Origin: Blastocystis sp. Blastoise
Lineage: Eukaryota > Protista > Bigyra: Opalinata
DNA length: 64,000 bases
Direction: 5' to 3'
NCBI GenBank assembly: GCA_039096225.1
Contig: JBBPEB010000017.1
Location: 124,001 to 188,000 of the forward strand
A model generated the notes under the pieces. It was not told the DNA's origin and did not search any database. It saw only the letters and a list, made by a program, of their open reading frames with translations. Position 1 is the stretch's first letter. Each line of letters opens with the position of its first letter. This document shows positions 48,560 to 62,500 of the stretch, one piece after another. Both the position numbers and the translations under genes were made by a program.

Positions 48560-49495
48560 CAAATTGTATTCCTTATACAGCTATTTATGAACGTTTTTGG
48601 TTATCTCTCTACCGTTCTGGCATCCTTAATATAAACACATTATGCTTGAATTTAAATGAGATTCATAATAGCATCAATGATTATTCATTACTTGATTTTA
48701 ACTTATTTCCTTTTAAATGTTTATATATAGGTATATATTATATATATAATATATATATATATATGTATAGAAATGAATATAACATCTCCTGAAGTATTAC
48801 ATAAAATGTATAATCAATATAAAACAATGAATTATACTGGATTGAAAACACTTATTATTGATAGCATATATATATAAATAAAATGATATATTATATATAT
48901 TATATATATATATTATTTTATTTATATGTATATAGTAAGTGAATTTGAACTCAATGATAATAATTCGTTATTTTATGAATTTATGAATTTTCTTTGTGCT
49001 GGAAATTATGAAACTGTAACAGAATTAAAAATAAGTAAATATATATATATATATCTTATATATATAATACATATATAGTTGATGAATCACATGAGAATAA
49101 ATTTGATTCTTATTCTAACAATAAAAATGAAGAGAAAAAAATAATAGAAATTTTATATCATTTTTTTTCTCTTTTTTCTTCAAATTTACAAAAGTTTATA
49201 TTACGTATATATATATGATTTGATTAATATTAATATTGTGTATATAGCTCCTTTTATTAATTTTCTATTTCAAAATGAAAAATGTATTGAATTACCATTA
49301 TGGAAAAATATTGAATATATTAAAATGAATTTAAGTATATATATATATATTGTATTTATTTATGTTTGTTTTTCTATATATATTTGTTTTACATAAATAG
49401 ATACTAAAAATTGTGAAAATATTCTTAATAATATAAAACAATTTATAAATTCAAAAAAATTAAAACATTTAACATCATTACAAATAGACTGCTGT

Positions 49496-49537
<42 letters not shown>

Positions 49538-50249
49538 TGATGAAGAATATCAATATAAGTCAGTACTATCATTTTTCGAGTCTTTTAAAGACATTCCTAT
49601 CGACTGTCTTAATACAAAAAGCTTCTCCTGCTTTAGAGAATGTATTTATATATATAATAATATATACTTATTAAACGCAATAAGAAGAATACTGATAACA
49701 CTACTATAATAATAATAATAATAATATATATATATATATAATTAGATGAAAAATGTGAAAATGAGGAAATTAGTCATGCAACAGAAAATTATTGTGAATT
49801 ATTTCCTTCTTTTTCTTTTTATATACATAAACCGGTATATAAAATTGATACGATTATATCACAGGATGATGATATTGTATGTACTTATAATGAATATATA
49901 TATAATCAATTAAAAATGAAATATACCGAAAATATTCGATCTCTAAAATTATGTATATATATATTATTAGTTTTTATTATATATATTAATATATATAGAT
50001 GTATATGATGAAGATTATATGACAAAATACATTGATTTAATAACAAAAGGAACTTTTAAATATTTAAATTATTTATATATTACTCCTTGTATATATATAT
50101 AATAGATTTAATTTGCTTTATTTATGTTATATATATATATAATTATATATATAGATGATTATGATTTCGATTTTTGTGATTATGACGAACAATTGAATGA
50201 TTATAAAAAAAACTCAAATCCTCATTTAATAATAAAATATGAAAATTAA
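46202..50249 (+). CDS. BTB/POZ plus LRR-like repeat family member
   Basis: FNFQDETRISVPLQFLKKFPKSLL...YYIDSP, EDIPYEYIYPSNLH, THVFPNITTL, EHFPKLHIY. Includes a GC-AG intron at 48864..48935. Confidence 0.75.
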
Positions 50250-51011
50250 TATTTATAATTATTGTTATTCATTCATATGTATATTTTTTATGTATTTAAA
50301 TTATATCATTATTATGTAATCTTATATATATATGTGCTTAATTATATTTAGTATATTTCATTTACTTTTTGTTTTGTTTCTAATATATGATTTAACATAA
50401 TTTCATTATTTAAATCATAAAGTTTTAAAGCTAAAAAGTACAATAAAACCTTAAACAAACAAAATTTATGTAGTAATAAAAATGTAGCTAAAAATATGTG
50501 AATATCATTATATAATATATAAATTAATATCAAATATATAATAAATAATTACTTCAATTCTAAATGATTATTTTTATAAATTGAGAAATCTCGTATTAAA
50601 TTTTTAAAGATATATATAACTGTATATTATTAATTCTTATAATAATGATAATATAGATAATGATGACATAAAAAAAAACATCTTCCTATATCATACTAAA
50701 GAAAAACATAATACTAATTTGATATGGAATATCGTAATATATTTTCTAATAATTATGATGAGTACTTTCTTTATTATATATTAAATTATTCAGTCAAATG
50801 AAGTATGTTAAAACAACAGTCAGATTTTTCAAAAAATAAGAAATAATAAAGACTTGAGAAGATTCTGATTTATTATTCTAATATTTAATAGAAAACAATT
50901 TATTTATTATATATATAATTAAAAGAAACATTAATAAATATTTATAACTCAATAATAAAAAATAGACAATCAATATAACAAAATATATATAGAAAATAAC
51001 AAAAAGAAAAC

Positions 51012-51372
51012 TTAATATCTTGTTTCTATTTGATAACTTACATGATTCTTCTGAATAAATAGTGAATTATTTAATTGTTCTTTATATTTAGTAATTTGTT
51101 CATCTGAAATATTACAACCTATATAATATATTATTAATATAATACTATATATATACGGATATCAAAAGACAACTCTTTCAACTTAGGAATCTTTCCGACA
51201 GTAATAAAATTGATAAGTTTTGACAATTGTTCTTCATCATAAATATCTATAAAAATGAAAGTTTACATAAAAATTACTGAATAATAATATACATAATTTT
51301 ATGCTTCTTATGTGTTGAGTTTTATTTTCATTTATACACTCAAATAATGTTTCTATCTCAAATGTACTTATC

Positions 51373-51411
<39 letters not shown>

Positions 51412-52031
51412 ATTATTATATATATACCTTTTGTACCAAGAACTGTATCAAGGAATGAATCAGTATCATATTTACATTGAAAAATAGAATTATTATGATC
51501 ATAAATATAACCATTACTATGCTCCCAGTCAGATAATCTAAAAGTACTTGATGATAGAAAGTTGCTGTTATTTATATAGTTGAATAATGTTGTAGTAAAA
51601 GAAATCCACCATTTTTCATTATCTTCTTTATAAAACCTGATAGTTTTTAATTGAGGGAAATTATCTGTAGTATATAGTTTATAAAAATTATCGTCGGGTA
51701 TATCTCTAATGCCTAAATTAATAGCATATAAATATGTTATGTGAAATATATATATACTGTATTAAAATATTATATATATTTAATATATACCTAGAACTAA
51801 TTGTGTTGTATTATGGAAACAACCTTTAAGACTTAATCGATTTTTGAAATTCATAGAACAACCTAATAATAATAGTTAAAATTAATTAATAAATTATCAT
51901 AACATATAATTATATGTATATAAATAATTACATTTTATTGTAACAATAGAAGCCTTATGAATCAATTTCTCCACAATATTTTCATATGCTGTTAAATATT
52001 CAGAGGATGAGTCTTCTATGATAGAATCTAC

Positions 52032-52063
<32 letters not shown>

Positions 52064-53480
52064 AATAATATACAATCAATCGTTAACTTATGAATAGTAT
52101 TAAACTTATTATCATTAAAAAGAGTTGATATCCATGTTAAATATTCAATACTTATATTTTCATGAACTATAGATATTATATAAAGCATAATAGTATATAA
52201 CAATAAAGAATATACATCTAACATATAACTTATTCAAATGATATAATACATTGCTCTTAAAGAATTTTTCTAATGCATTTCTGACATCATCTTCATTATA
52301 TTCATCATCTATAAATGAATAAATACTAGTAATATTATTATATATCAACAATATATATATTTAATTTTTATTTAAAAAATACCTTCAAAACCTATTTCTA
52401 AACTATTAATACTGTGTTTATAGTTGTCAATAGAATCTAATCTCTTTATATTTGCAGAACAAAAAGAATAAACTTTATAGAATAGTATATAAAATATATA
52501 AAATATATAAAATAATAGAATAAGAAGAATAAAGAATGTTGCATACTTCGAAGACTATCAAAAATAATAAGATCTTTCGTTAATAACTCTTTTAGATGTG
52601 GGAGATAACAAATAAAATCATCTATATTATAAATAAACAAATATAATAAATTATATATATAGTATTATATTCTTAAATGTAAAAATATATATAATACACA
52701 TATTTAAACCATTTATATCAATATGAATTTAATGAGTATAAACTATTTCATCTAAACGAAGAACTATTTCCTCTTTTTCATAACTATCAATTTTATTTAT
52801 ATGAATAGTATCAATCATAGACATTAAATAATCAGGAAATAGAGACTTAAAATTCTTTGTAGCTAAATTAAGAATAATAATTTATTTATTAATATATTAA
52901 TATACTTATAAAAATATTATAGTTGATAATATGTAATTTAGGGAAGCATTCTTTCTTTATTGAAGACAATTTAAATAATTCTATAAATAATAATAACTAT
53001 AAATATATATGCATACCATTATCATAATCATATATAAGTTCAGTAACATTTAGAAATATATGAGTTGTCATTATTTTGTTAAATAAATTCTCATCAATTC
53101 TATTTGTTAATTCCTTAACTATGCAGAATTATTATATTAATAATAAATTAAAAAGAAAATACTCAATTTAATATTTAATGTAGTTATAGAATCAAAAACA
53201 TCTTCTTCAAGTAATTTTATAAAAAACTTAGGATCAATTTCATCATAAAAATCTAAAATAAAATAGCATATTCATTATATATGTATTTATTTACATTTAT
53301 CAAAAATGGTTTTTGAAATACACATATAGGAAGGAAGACATAATAATTGAGATATACCCAATTTAGAAGATATTGTATCAATACTATTTAATATATATTA
53401 GAATAAAATGTGTAATGAAAAATAATATAATTATTTACGAGAATGTTTTATCATTTGTTTTTTCTATATATAATAATAAT

Positions 53481-53519
<39 letters not shown>

Positions 53520-54671
53520 ATCATATTCAATTCTGATTTCATCATCTAATTCATATTCATCTTCTTCTTCATTAGTTTCTACATTTGAATAATTATTTGT
53601 ATATATAGCTTCATTAACTACATATCTATATAATTTAGGTAATTCACTCTTTTCTCGCTTTCTATTATAGGATTCAATCATATTCTGAGAATAATATAAT
53701 TTATTCAGGTCTAAAGAAGAAATCTTATTATATTCATTCATCTCTGATTCAGTATAATATTTATTTTTTTTAGGATTCTTTATTTTATAATCATATTTAT
53801 TAAATAACCGATTATATTCCATTATATATTCATCACTATTTGGATTTAATAATAGTTCAGTCTTCTTATAATTTGTAATTAATATATATTATATATTGGT
53901 AACTAAATACATATATATATACCAATTATTTCTAATTTTTCTAATGATGGGAATATATCTTAAATACACGATGGACATATATATTCTAATGGAATATTCG
54001 AAGAATAATCATCTATATATTATTATTATTTATATTATATTATAATATATATTTACATATAATTCTAACTTTAGTAATATTCATCATTTTAAAAAGAAGA
54101 GAATAATATAATAATTCATCCTTTCGTTGAGGAGTCAACAATCCTATACATATATATATTATAAATATTATAAATATATATATACCATAAAAATATATAT
54201 CTTTCTTTACTATATTGAATAAATCCATAGGCATACGTGATTCAATATAATTACAATGATATCCAAGTATATCATAATTAGTTTCTATCAAATAATTAAT
54301 AAATAATTCTTTAACATGAAACAATAAATCACTTTGAATTTCTTTATCGATCGTAACTGAATATTCAACAAGTGTTATATATATATCATAACTCTCTTTC
54401 AAATCTAATGAATCAATATCCATGTTTTCTTCCATTAAAAATTGAATCACTTTGTCCATGCTGAATGAAGGCATATCTACAAAAAAGCTACCATCTTCAT
54501 ACTTTTCAGTGTGCTGGATAATATCATAAAAAGAAAGTTGATGATATTTCTTTATAAATTCTCTTGGAATCCATAATTGTTTCTCATCTTGAAAAGTAAA
54601 TAAATCTAAAATAGAATAGCATATTATTATTCATATTCAATACATTTATCTTCAATTAATTTTTCCGACAT
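51012..54671 (-). CDS. BTB/POZ plus LRR-like repeat family member
   Basis: FTFQDEKQLWIPREFIKKY...FFVDMPS, IPLEYICPS...FPSLEKL, THIFLNVTEL, FPKLHII, IPKLKEL. Confidence 0.75.
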
Positions 54672-55412
54672 GATTATTTAAACTATATAAACACAATGAT
54701 CACAAAAAGAAATGCAAAAAGACAATTTTTAAAACTATATAATGTATAAATTCATGAAATTTACTGCAATAAATTAAAATTAAGAGAATATTTAAATCAT
54801 TTGTGTAGAAATTAATAAATATATTAAAATATTTTGGTCTCTTTATGAAAAGCTAGTTTTTTCTAGTATTCTATGATAATTATGATAAATAATAAAACAA
54901 CGATTAAATACTAAGGAATCATTCTTAAATGATTGTTCAGGCAAAAATATATGGTTATAAGACGAGAAAGATAGTGTCAGTTGAAATTTCAGAAGTAAAA
55001 AAAAATGATATAATCCTTTTAGAAAACAATAAATTAATCGTGAAAAAGAAGGTTTTTTGATAATGATATACTGTATTTATAATGATCACACTATTATCGC
55101 AAAACTATATTATTTTGAATGATAAAAACTAAAATAATCATGTTTAAATGATATTCTATTTGAAAAGATGATATCTATTCATCTTAATGACAATGATCAT
55201 ACGTAATAAATATTATATATGACAAATTAGTATATCAATACTAATATATCCAATCAAATTTCCTAAAATTGTATCATTTTCGATAATAGTTACGACGTAA
55301 TTATTTATAAATTATCGATTTTCTATGGTTGATAAACGTAATGTTTTTCCTATATGTCGTATTTTTATTTAAAATAGTAATTATCAATCATAATATATTT
55401 ATTTCTATAAAT

Positions 55413-56667
55413 ATGTCAACAAGAAATTCTTTTACAATTGATTTTGAAATGGATCTCATGGATGAGATTCAAGATTATGAACTAGAGCATGAATTTACAA
55501 CAAATGATATTGAAGAAAAGCCACTCTTTCCAGAGGATCTACATCGCAAGTTAACAGATAGAACAACGGAATTCTTAGTTGGTTTCTCAAGATTAACTTG
55601 TGAAACTATCATTCAGGATGGTATATATCTATTCTATATGACTTTTCAATTAATTATTATAAATATTAAAACATAAATGTCAATATATTTTTTATCATTT
55701 GATTTTAAACATAGTATAGTTGCTTTAAATCTTTTAATTAGTTAATAATTCTTATTTTATAGCTATTCATCACTTTAAAGGTGAACGTAAAGGTGCATTA
55801 CAGGCGAATGAGTCGATTTATCTGTCTCTTGTTTACTTAAAACGTTGTTGCACTTTCAATGAAATAGCTTCTACTTTGAAACAAAAGTCTAATGTTGTCC
55901 GTACGGCTATTCTTAAAGGAACAGAAGCAATTTCGAAATGTTTTGTACCTTTCGATACAACTTTAGGTTGTCCTAAGCTCGAAACGAAGTTAAATACATC
56001 TGAAAAAGGTCATCTTACTGATGAAGCAAAGAATTCAAGGTACATAATTGATGGTCGCCATCAACGAATAGCTGCTCTTTCATCTTCAAAAGCTCAAAGA
56101 AGGAAATACTATTCCCACAAGTTTAATAATACTGGATTAAACTGTCAATATATTATTAATCACGAAGGATTATGTGTCTACCTTTCTCCTTCCATGCCTG
56201 CCTCCAATAGTGATATAAGTATGTTTAGATGCTTTAAAACTACAATCATGGCAGGTTTAAATGAATTAATGACTAATGTAGGTGATTCATTAAGTCCTGT
56301 CTACATTCTTGGAGACAAAGGTTATCATTCCGAGAGTGATTCTGAACTATTATCATTGAAGAACGGTCAAAATGATATTACTTTTAATAGATACCGAATA
56401 TTAATTGAAAACTACTTCGGTCGTATGATAAAAGTGTTTAGAGCAGCGAAAGAACCATTTCCATTAAGCGAAGAGAAGTACGATGTGTTCAACAGAGCTA
56501 TAGCTCACTTAACTAATATTCATATAAAAAACAGCCCATTACGTGCCGAAGAATTTAAAATCTTACAGTTTTCCTATGATAAGATCGAAAAGTATCATAA
56601 GGAAAAAGCAGAGAGACATAAAATAGCTCAAAGGAACTATCAAGCCAGAATACAAAACATGTCCTAA
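55413..56667 (+). mobile_element. PIF/Harbinger (ISL2EU-like) DDE transposase gene with one intron (55621..55762)
   Basis: HTH-like LSLVYLKRCCTFNEIASTL; IIDG, YYSHK, LGDKGY and RILIENYFGRM give an intact D-D-E triad of the DDE_Tnp_4 type. Element ends not identified. Confidence 0.85.
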
Positions 56668-58384
56668 AATATTGATAAGGTATGCTGTATTATTCTAGTT
56701 TTGTTTAAGATAACTGTTTTACTTTTAATTCAAAACGAATATCATATGACCCCAAATGATTTAATTGTACACGTAGATAACTTTCAAAATAAGAGCTAGA
56801 GTTTGTCAACACAATTAAATAAGTCTGTGTTTGTATTCATGACTAAGTTAAGGATAAAAGAGTACTTGAGTAGTTTTTTTAATGTGGAGGTTCATGATAA
56901 AGTAAGCTGTATAAGAATAGACAGTATAGAATAAAAACAAACATGAATGCTGAACTCAGCATGAGTAGAAAATTGTTGTCAAGGACCGAGACTGATTATT
57001 TGAAATATTTAACGGCTCTTTTTCAAGAAATGTCAATTTGAATTTTTAAATTTCTATTATAAACGATAGAAAATATATATTTATATATGCTAAAACCATA
57101 TATATATATTATAGAACATTCGTTGAATTCTTGAATGTACAGTGACTAACAGAATGATACCTTCATTCTATATAAACCAAACATCGTTAACTCATTTGCT
57201 TTTAACACAATCTAGCAGATGAATTTTATCCTTTTATTCACGACACATCATGATATTATAATGTCATCCTATAAAAATGATATTGCCAGTTTATATAGAT
57301 TTTTCATTGGACAATGATTAATAGAATACAAATACAGGCTATCATTCTCAATTTATCATGGTTTTTTTGATCTGATCAGTCATATTTTCATTATTCGTAA
57401 GATGTGCTTTATAATTAAAAATTTCCACAATTATTCCTTTATAAGGAGAAATTAGAAATAATCACGATTTTTCCAAATTTTAATTTCTTTTTAATTCTCT
57501 ATGTTTTAGTTTGTTTATATTCATAATATCAACATTAATGAAATTCATGACGTTGTGCTTGCTATTTATTATTTATTTGAAAAATATTGTAATACTTAAT
57601 AACAGAATTGTTGTCGATGAGTCACTACTTGGTGACTTATAGTATATTTATTTTATTTTTTATACTATGAAGACTATAAGAAATGCATTGAGTATTATAT
57701 TTCAAGAGATTATGAACTACTGTTGATCACTTGAACCATGAGTTGAAATATAAGGTAAAATAAATATTATAAATATGTTATTATATTAAAAATATCTAAT
57801 TAAAATGAATTTCATAGCTTATTATTTTATAATTAAAAAGAAAATAAATATTTTCTGTGTAATAGAAAGATATACTCCTAATATTTAGTTTATTATTTTT
57901 ATCTTTTCTTGATTGTGAAATTTGATTGCTATTGAATAGTTTAATGTAAATAAGAATAAGTGAAAATAATTATTAATAAGTTAGTATATTCTAATAAACA
58001 ATATACTTTATTTTTTAACATTATAATAACACAACTGAATATACTGTTTAACAAATATGAATTGAATTGAATGCAAAAAAGAACAAATATTTTGATAATA
58101 TTATTATTATCAAAACTAATTTAAATAATTATATATGTCAATTCTATTTTATAACATATGAGAAAGAACTGAATATAAAACTATAAAAAATAAAAATATA
58201 TAATATTTATGTATAGTATGTTAAATTAATATATATAACTAATTTAAGCAATAGAATAGCTTAGATATATACTATTTCAACATTAATATGAATTATAAAT
58301 ATTATTTTTTGAGTCTTATAAAAATATTCTCATCGATTCTTTTAATAATAATATGTACACATTCTTACATATATATATATTAAT

Positions 58385-59013
58385 CTAATAATTATTTTCG
58401 TTTTTATTATATTTCTTCATCTTTCGATCTCTTCTTTCTCTACAATCTATTAATTCTATAGGAATCACTAATCCACAAAACTCAAATAAATCCAATATTT
58501 CTAATTGTTCTTCATAAGAAAAAGAATCAAAATATACTTTCGTTTCATTCAAATAATCTAATAAATAATAAACAGCGAAATCATTTTCGGGATAATCAAG
58601 ATATATAAATCCATAATTCGTTCTTTTTCCTTCTTCACGTTGATCATCAATAAAAGAGCCTTTTAAGGTATCTAAAACAGATTTCGATATTTGAAATATT
58701 GGACCATTATTGGTAAATCGTATCAAATCCATATCATTATCATATTTAGCATCCATATTGGCATTCATATCTTCATTATTATTACTTTCATAAACACATT
58801 TATTTTCAAATTCATTATTATTACCTTTCTTTTCGATATAATCATCTCCTATATGTTTTATAAGTCTATTTATCGATATTCCAGAATGTATACCAAGATT
58901 GATCACTGATCCAAATACATTAACTACATCTTTCATCAATTCTCTATATAAATTGATATCCTCCTTCAATTACTTAAACCAACTGATATCAAAAATAACA
59001 ACTTTTCTTTCAC
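58385..59013 (-). pseudogene. BTB-domain gene fragment
   Basis: FQISKSVLDTL...IYLDY...LLDYLN...LDLFEFCGL is BTB-like. There is an in-frame TAA just upstream of 58969, no clear ATG and no downstream domains. Confidence 0.6.
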
Positions 59014-59541
59014 TATATTATAAAAAACAAAAGAAAAAAATTTAAAAATTTTTATTTCTTTTTTTATAGTTTCTTACATAAATCAGATTTTATATTCAAA
59101 TATATTTATTTGTTGGTCTCCTTATATACTCTTCATATGAATAATTATCATAAATAATACATATATTCAATATCATCACAATTACAAAAATGATTCTCTA
59201 CGAATATCATCCAATTCATGCTCTAAATCACTCAGAGAAGCTAGCAAATTATAAAAAACAAATAAAGATTTCAAAATATAACATTTATTTTCATTCTCAT
59301 ATACAATTTAGTCTTATATCTGATAAATGATATCACTGAACAAATCACAATCATAAACTATTATTAAAAATATAAATGGGCTCTAATTCTCTTACTCAAG
59401 AAAAACTAAATTTTAAAAAACTTAAAGAAACACTAGTTTTTCATTCTTATAGTTTCAATAAATTTATTAAACTATCAAATAATTCTATAAAAAGTATATA
59501 CAATATCTATAGTAATTCATAGAATATAGAATATTGTTAAT

Positions 59542-62500
59542 ATGAGTACTCCGTCAACAATCACTTTGAGTGATTCCAACTTAAAAAGTAATATAGAGTT
59601 ATATTCATAATCTAAGTACTATAGACACTATTCAGTTTATCTTTCAAGATGAAGTTAAGGTTGATATTCCAATTGACATTTTAGAATTATGTCCAGAGTC
59701 AATATTGAGTTTGACATATACTTCAGAAGACTCTTTAGATAATGAAGATCATTCTTGCTATATTGATTACCCTTCCTATTCCATAGAAAAAGTGATTTCC
59801 TATCTCGAAGGAAAACTTTCAATTGATTGTTCTCTGTCTATTACTGAACTGTGTAACATGTATAAAACATTTTATATTTTCTGTCTTCATGGAGCTTTCT
59901 CTCATTACTTTGAGTTATCCAATATTATACAACAAGCTCTTCAAACTTTTTTAAAGAAAAATAATTGTACAATGTATGTTCATTTATATATATATATTTT
60001 CATATATATTTTATAATAGTTGTAAAAAAACAATATCTTCTGATATTACTGAATATATATTAATTATTGAAGGTAAATAATCTTATCTATATATATCAAT
60101 ATACAATAATAATAATTAAAATTATAGGTATTATCTCAGAAGAACGAAATAAAAAATTTCTTGAATATTCCTGTTTATTCGAACTAATGAATATCACACG
60201 TGTTCATCTAAAATGTATATTTTAGCATTTCATTGATTATATATATTATTATATAAAAATTATATATATATATATAGATCATTATTCAAATGAAATATCT
60301 TATGATACTATATATCCATCAAATATACATGAACTATTTCCACGATTATTAAGATATGATATAGAATGTATGTATTTATTTTATTTAATAAATTATTTTT
60401 ATTTCAGATTATAATTGATATTAATTATTTATATTCTATAATTAATATATATATAGTAATCTATTATCCAAGTACTAAAACAATAAAAATAAAGAATGGA
60501 GATTATTTATATGATTATTTTTCTAGATGTGATTATTCAAATAAAAGTATTTTAACATATATATATAATATATACTTATATTATTAGGGAGATATGGTGG
60601 ATATATAATAGATTATATTCCAAATCGTCGTTTCCCTCCTCTTAACATCAATAAAGATCCTATTGAAGAACAAAAGAAAATAATAAAATTTCAAACAGAA
60701 ATTGAAGTTGTAGCAGAACGTATAAAAAATGATCTAACCACTTATTCAAAAAAGACAAAGAAATCTAAAGAAAACAATGTTTCGAATTCTGATTATTCAT
60801 TTTCATCATTATTAGATGATAATTCTATCTCTTCTGTTGCTTCTAATCAACCTATATCTGCCAATATATCAACTAAAGAAAATAATTCTTTAAACTCGGA
60901 TAAGATGATTGATTCTTTGTCTTCTTCAATTAATAACAATTCACAGAACCATTTTTCTTCTCTTCTTAAATCTTCTGTTTCTCCTCCTTCTCCGTTTCTT
61001 CCTCCTCCTATTATTACAAATATTTCTTCTTCTTTTCTTCATCCTCATATTTCTCCTCCTTCTCCTCCTTCTCATATTTATCCTCATTCTCCTTCTTCTC
61101 CTACACTTCTTGACTTTCCTCTTTCTCCTTCTTCTTCTTTTCTTCATCCTCATATTTCTCCTCCTTCTCCTCCTCCTCACATCGACCATCATGTTTCTAC
61201 TCCTTCTCTTATTTATCCTCATACCTATCCTCCTCCTCTTCCTTCAATTCTTTCTCCTCCTTCATTTTTTTCTTCTTCTATTGTTTCTCCTTTCAATGTT
61301 GCTTCTTTGTTTCCATTTATCTCTAATTATCCTTTTGTTATTGAAAGTGATAATGATCCATATGAAGATTTTCATTTTATTTCCAGATACTATTCATCAG
61401 ATATAATTGTTCAATACCCTTATTATTATTCAGATACTTATAATAATCACATATTAAATGATAATAATTATCAAGATAATTATAACGTTATATCTACAAA
61501 AAAATCAACGTTTTATTTTCATTTCAAAGATAATAATGATAGTATATATCTTAATTTTTTTAAATACAATATATATATATAGTAATTGACTATGAACACC
61601 CTATATTAGAGTATCTATTTATTATATATATATATAATTTATTTTTATAGAATTCCTATTATCCCTCCAGATTCTATATTTACTTATCTATTAAATATGC
61701 CAATTTGTAAGCATCTTAAAGAGATTTGTGTTTCAGATAGTATATATATAATTATTTACATATATAAATCTTATTATATTATTATAATAGAAAAGATATT
61801 TTGGGAACTTCAAATAGTAACTCCTCCATTATTAACATCTTTTCTAAATGGTCTTTTTGATCTTCATACAACTATTAATCTAACTGATTGTATATATATT
61901 TATTATATGATTGCTAATATATATTTTTTTTCTATTTTAAATATATATATAGTGATAGATGGAAGTTCTTATGGTCATTATAAACAATTTCTAGAAGATT
62001 ATATTTCTACTCATATATTTCCAAATGTAACAACACTTCGAATTGATAGTATATATACATTATTATTATTTTTTAATTATTTTATGAATATATATTATTT
62101 ATATATATATATTATTATTAATATACAGATAGAGGGAATAAGTCATTTGATGAGAAAATGTTTAATCGATTTCTTTTATTATTTACTTCTGAACATTTCC
62201 CAAAATTACATATTTATGATCTTCAACATTATTCTATAAAGAATTATGAATTTGTTACAAGTATAGATAGTATACTTCAAATACCATTAATAGAACAATT
62301 GGATACTATGTATATGACTATATCAACGGAACAAGAAGTATCATTAGATCATTCTAAAAAGAAATCATACCTTGATTCAATATTACAAACAATAAAGAAA
62401 TTAAATAATAATACAAACTATCAACTATGTTGTATATACTTATTATTATATATTTATTGTATTCTATCTATAGTTAATAATTTCATTTTCTTTAAGAATG

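Noticed and set aside
48864-48935. GC-AG intron
   Set aside because: Real-looking but a common U2 variant, so not notable.
60909-61406. Alternative Leu-rich (+) and Arg-rich protamine-like (-) ORFs
   Set aside because: Shadow frames of the TCT/CCT low-complexity insert in the BTB gene.
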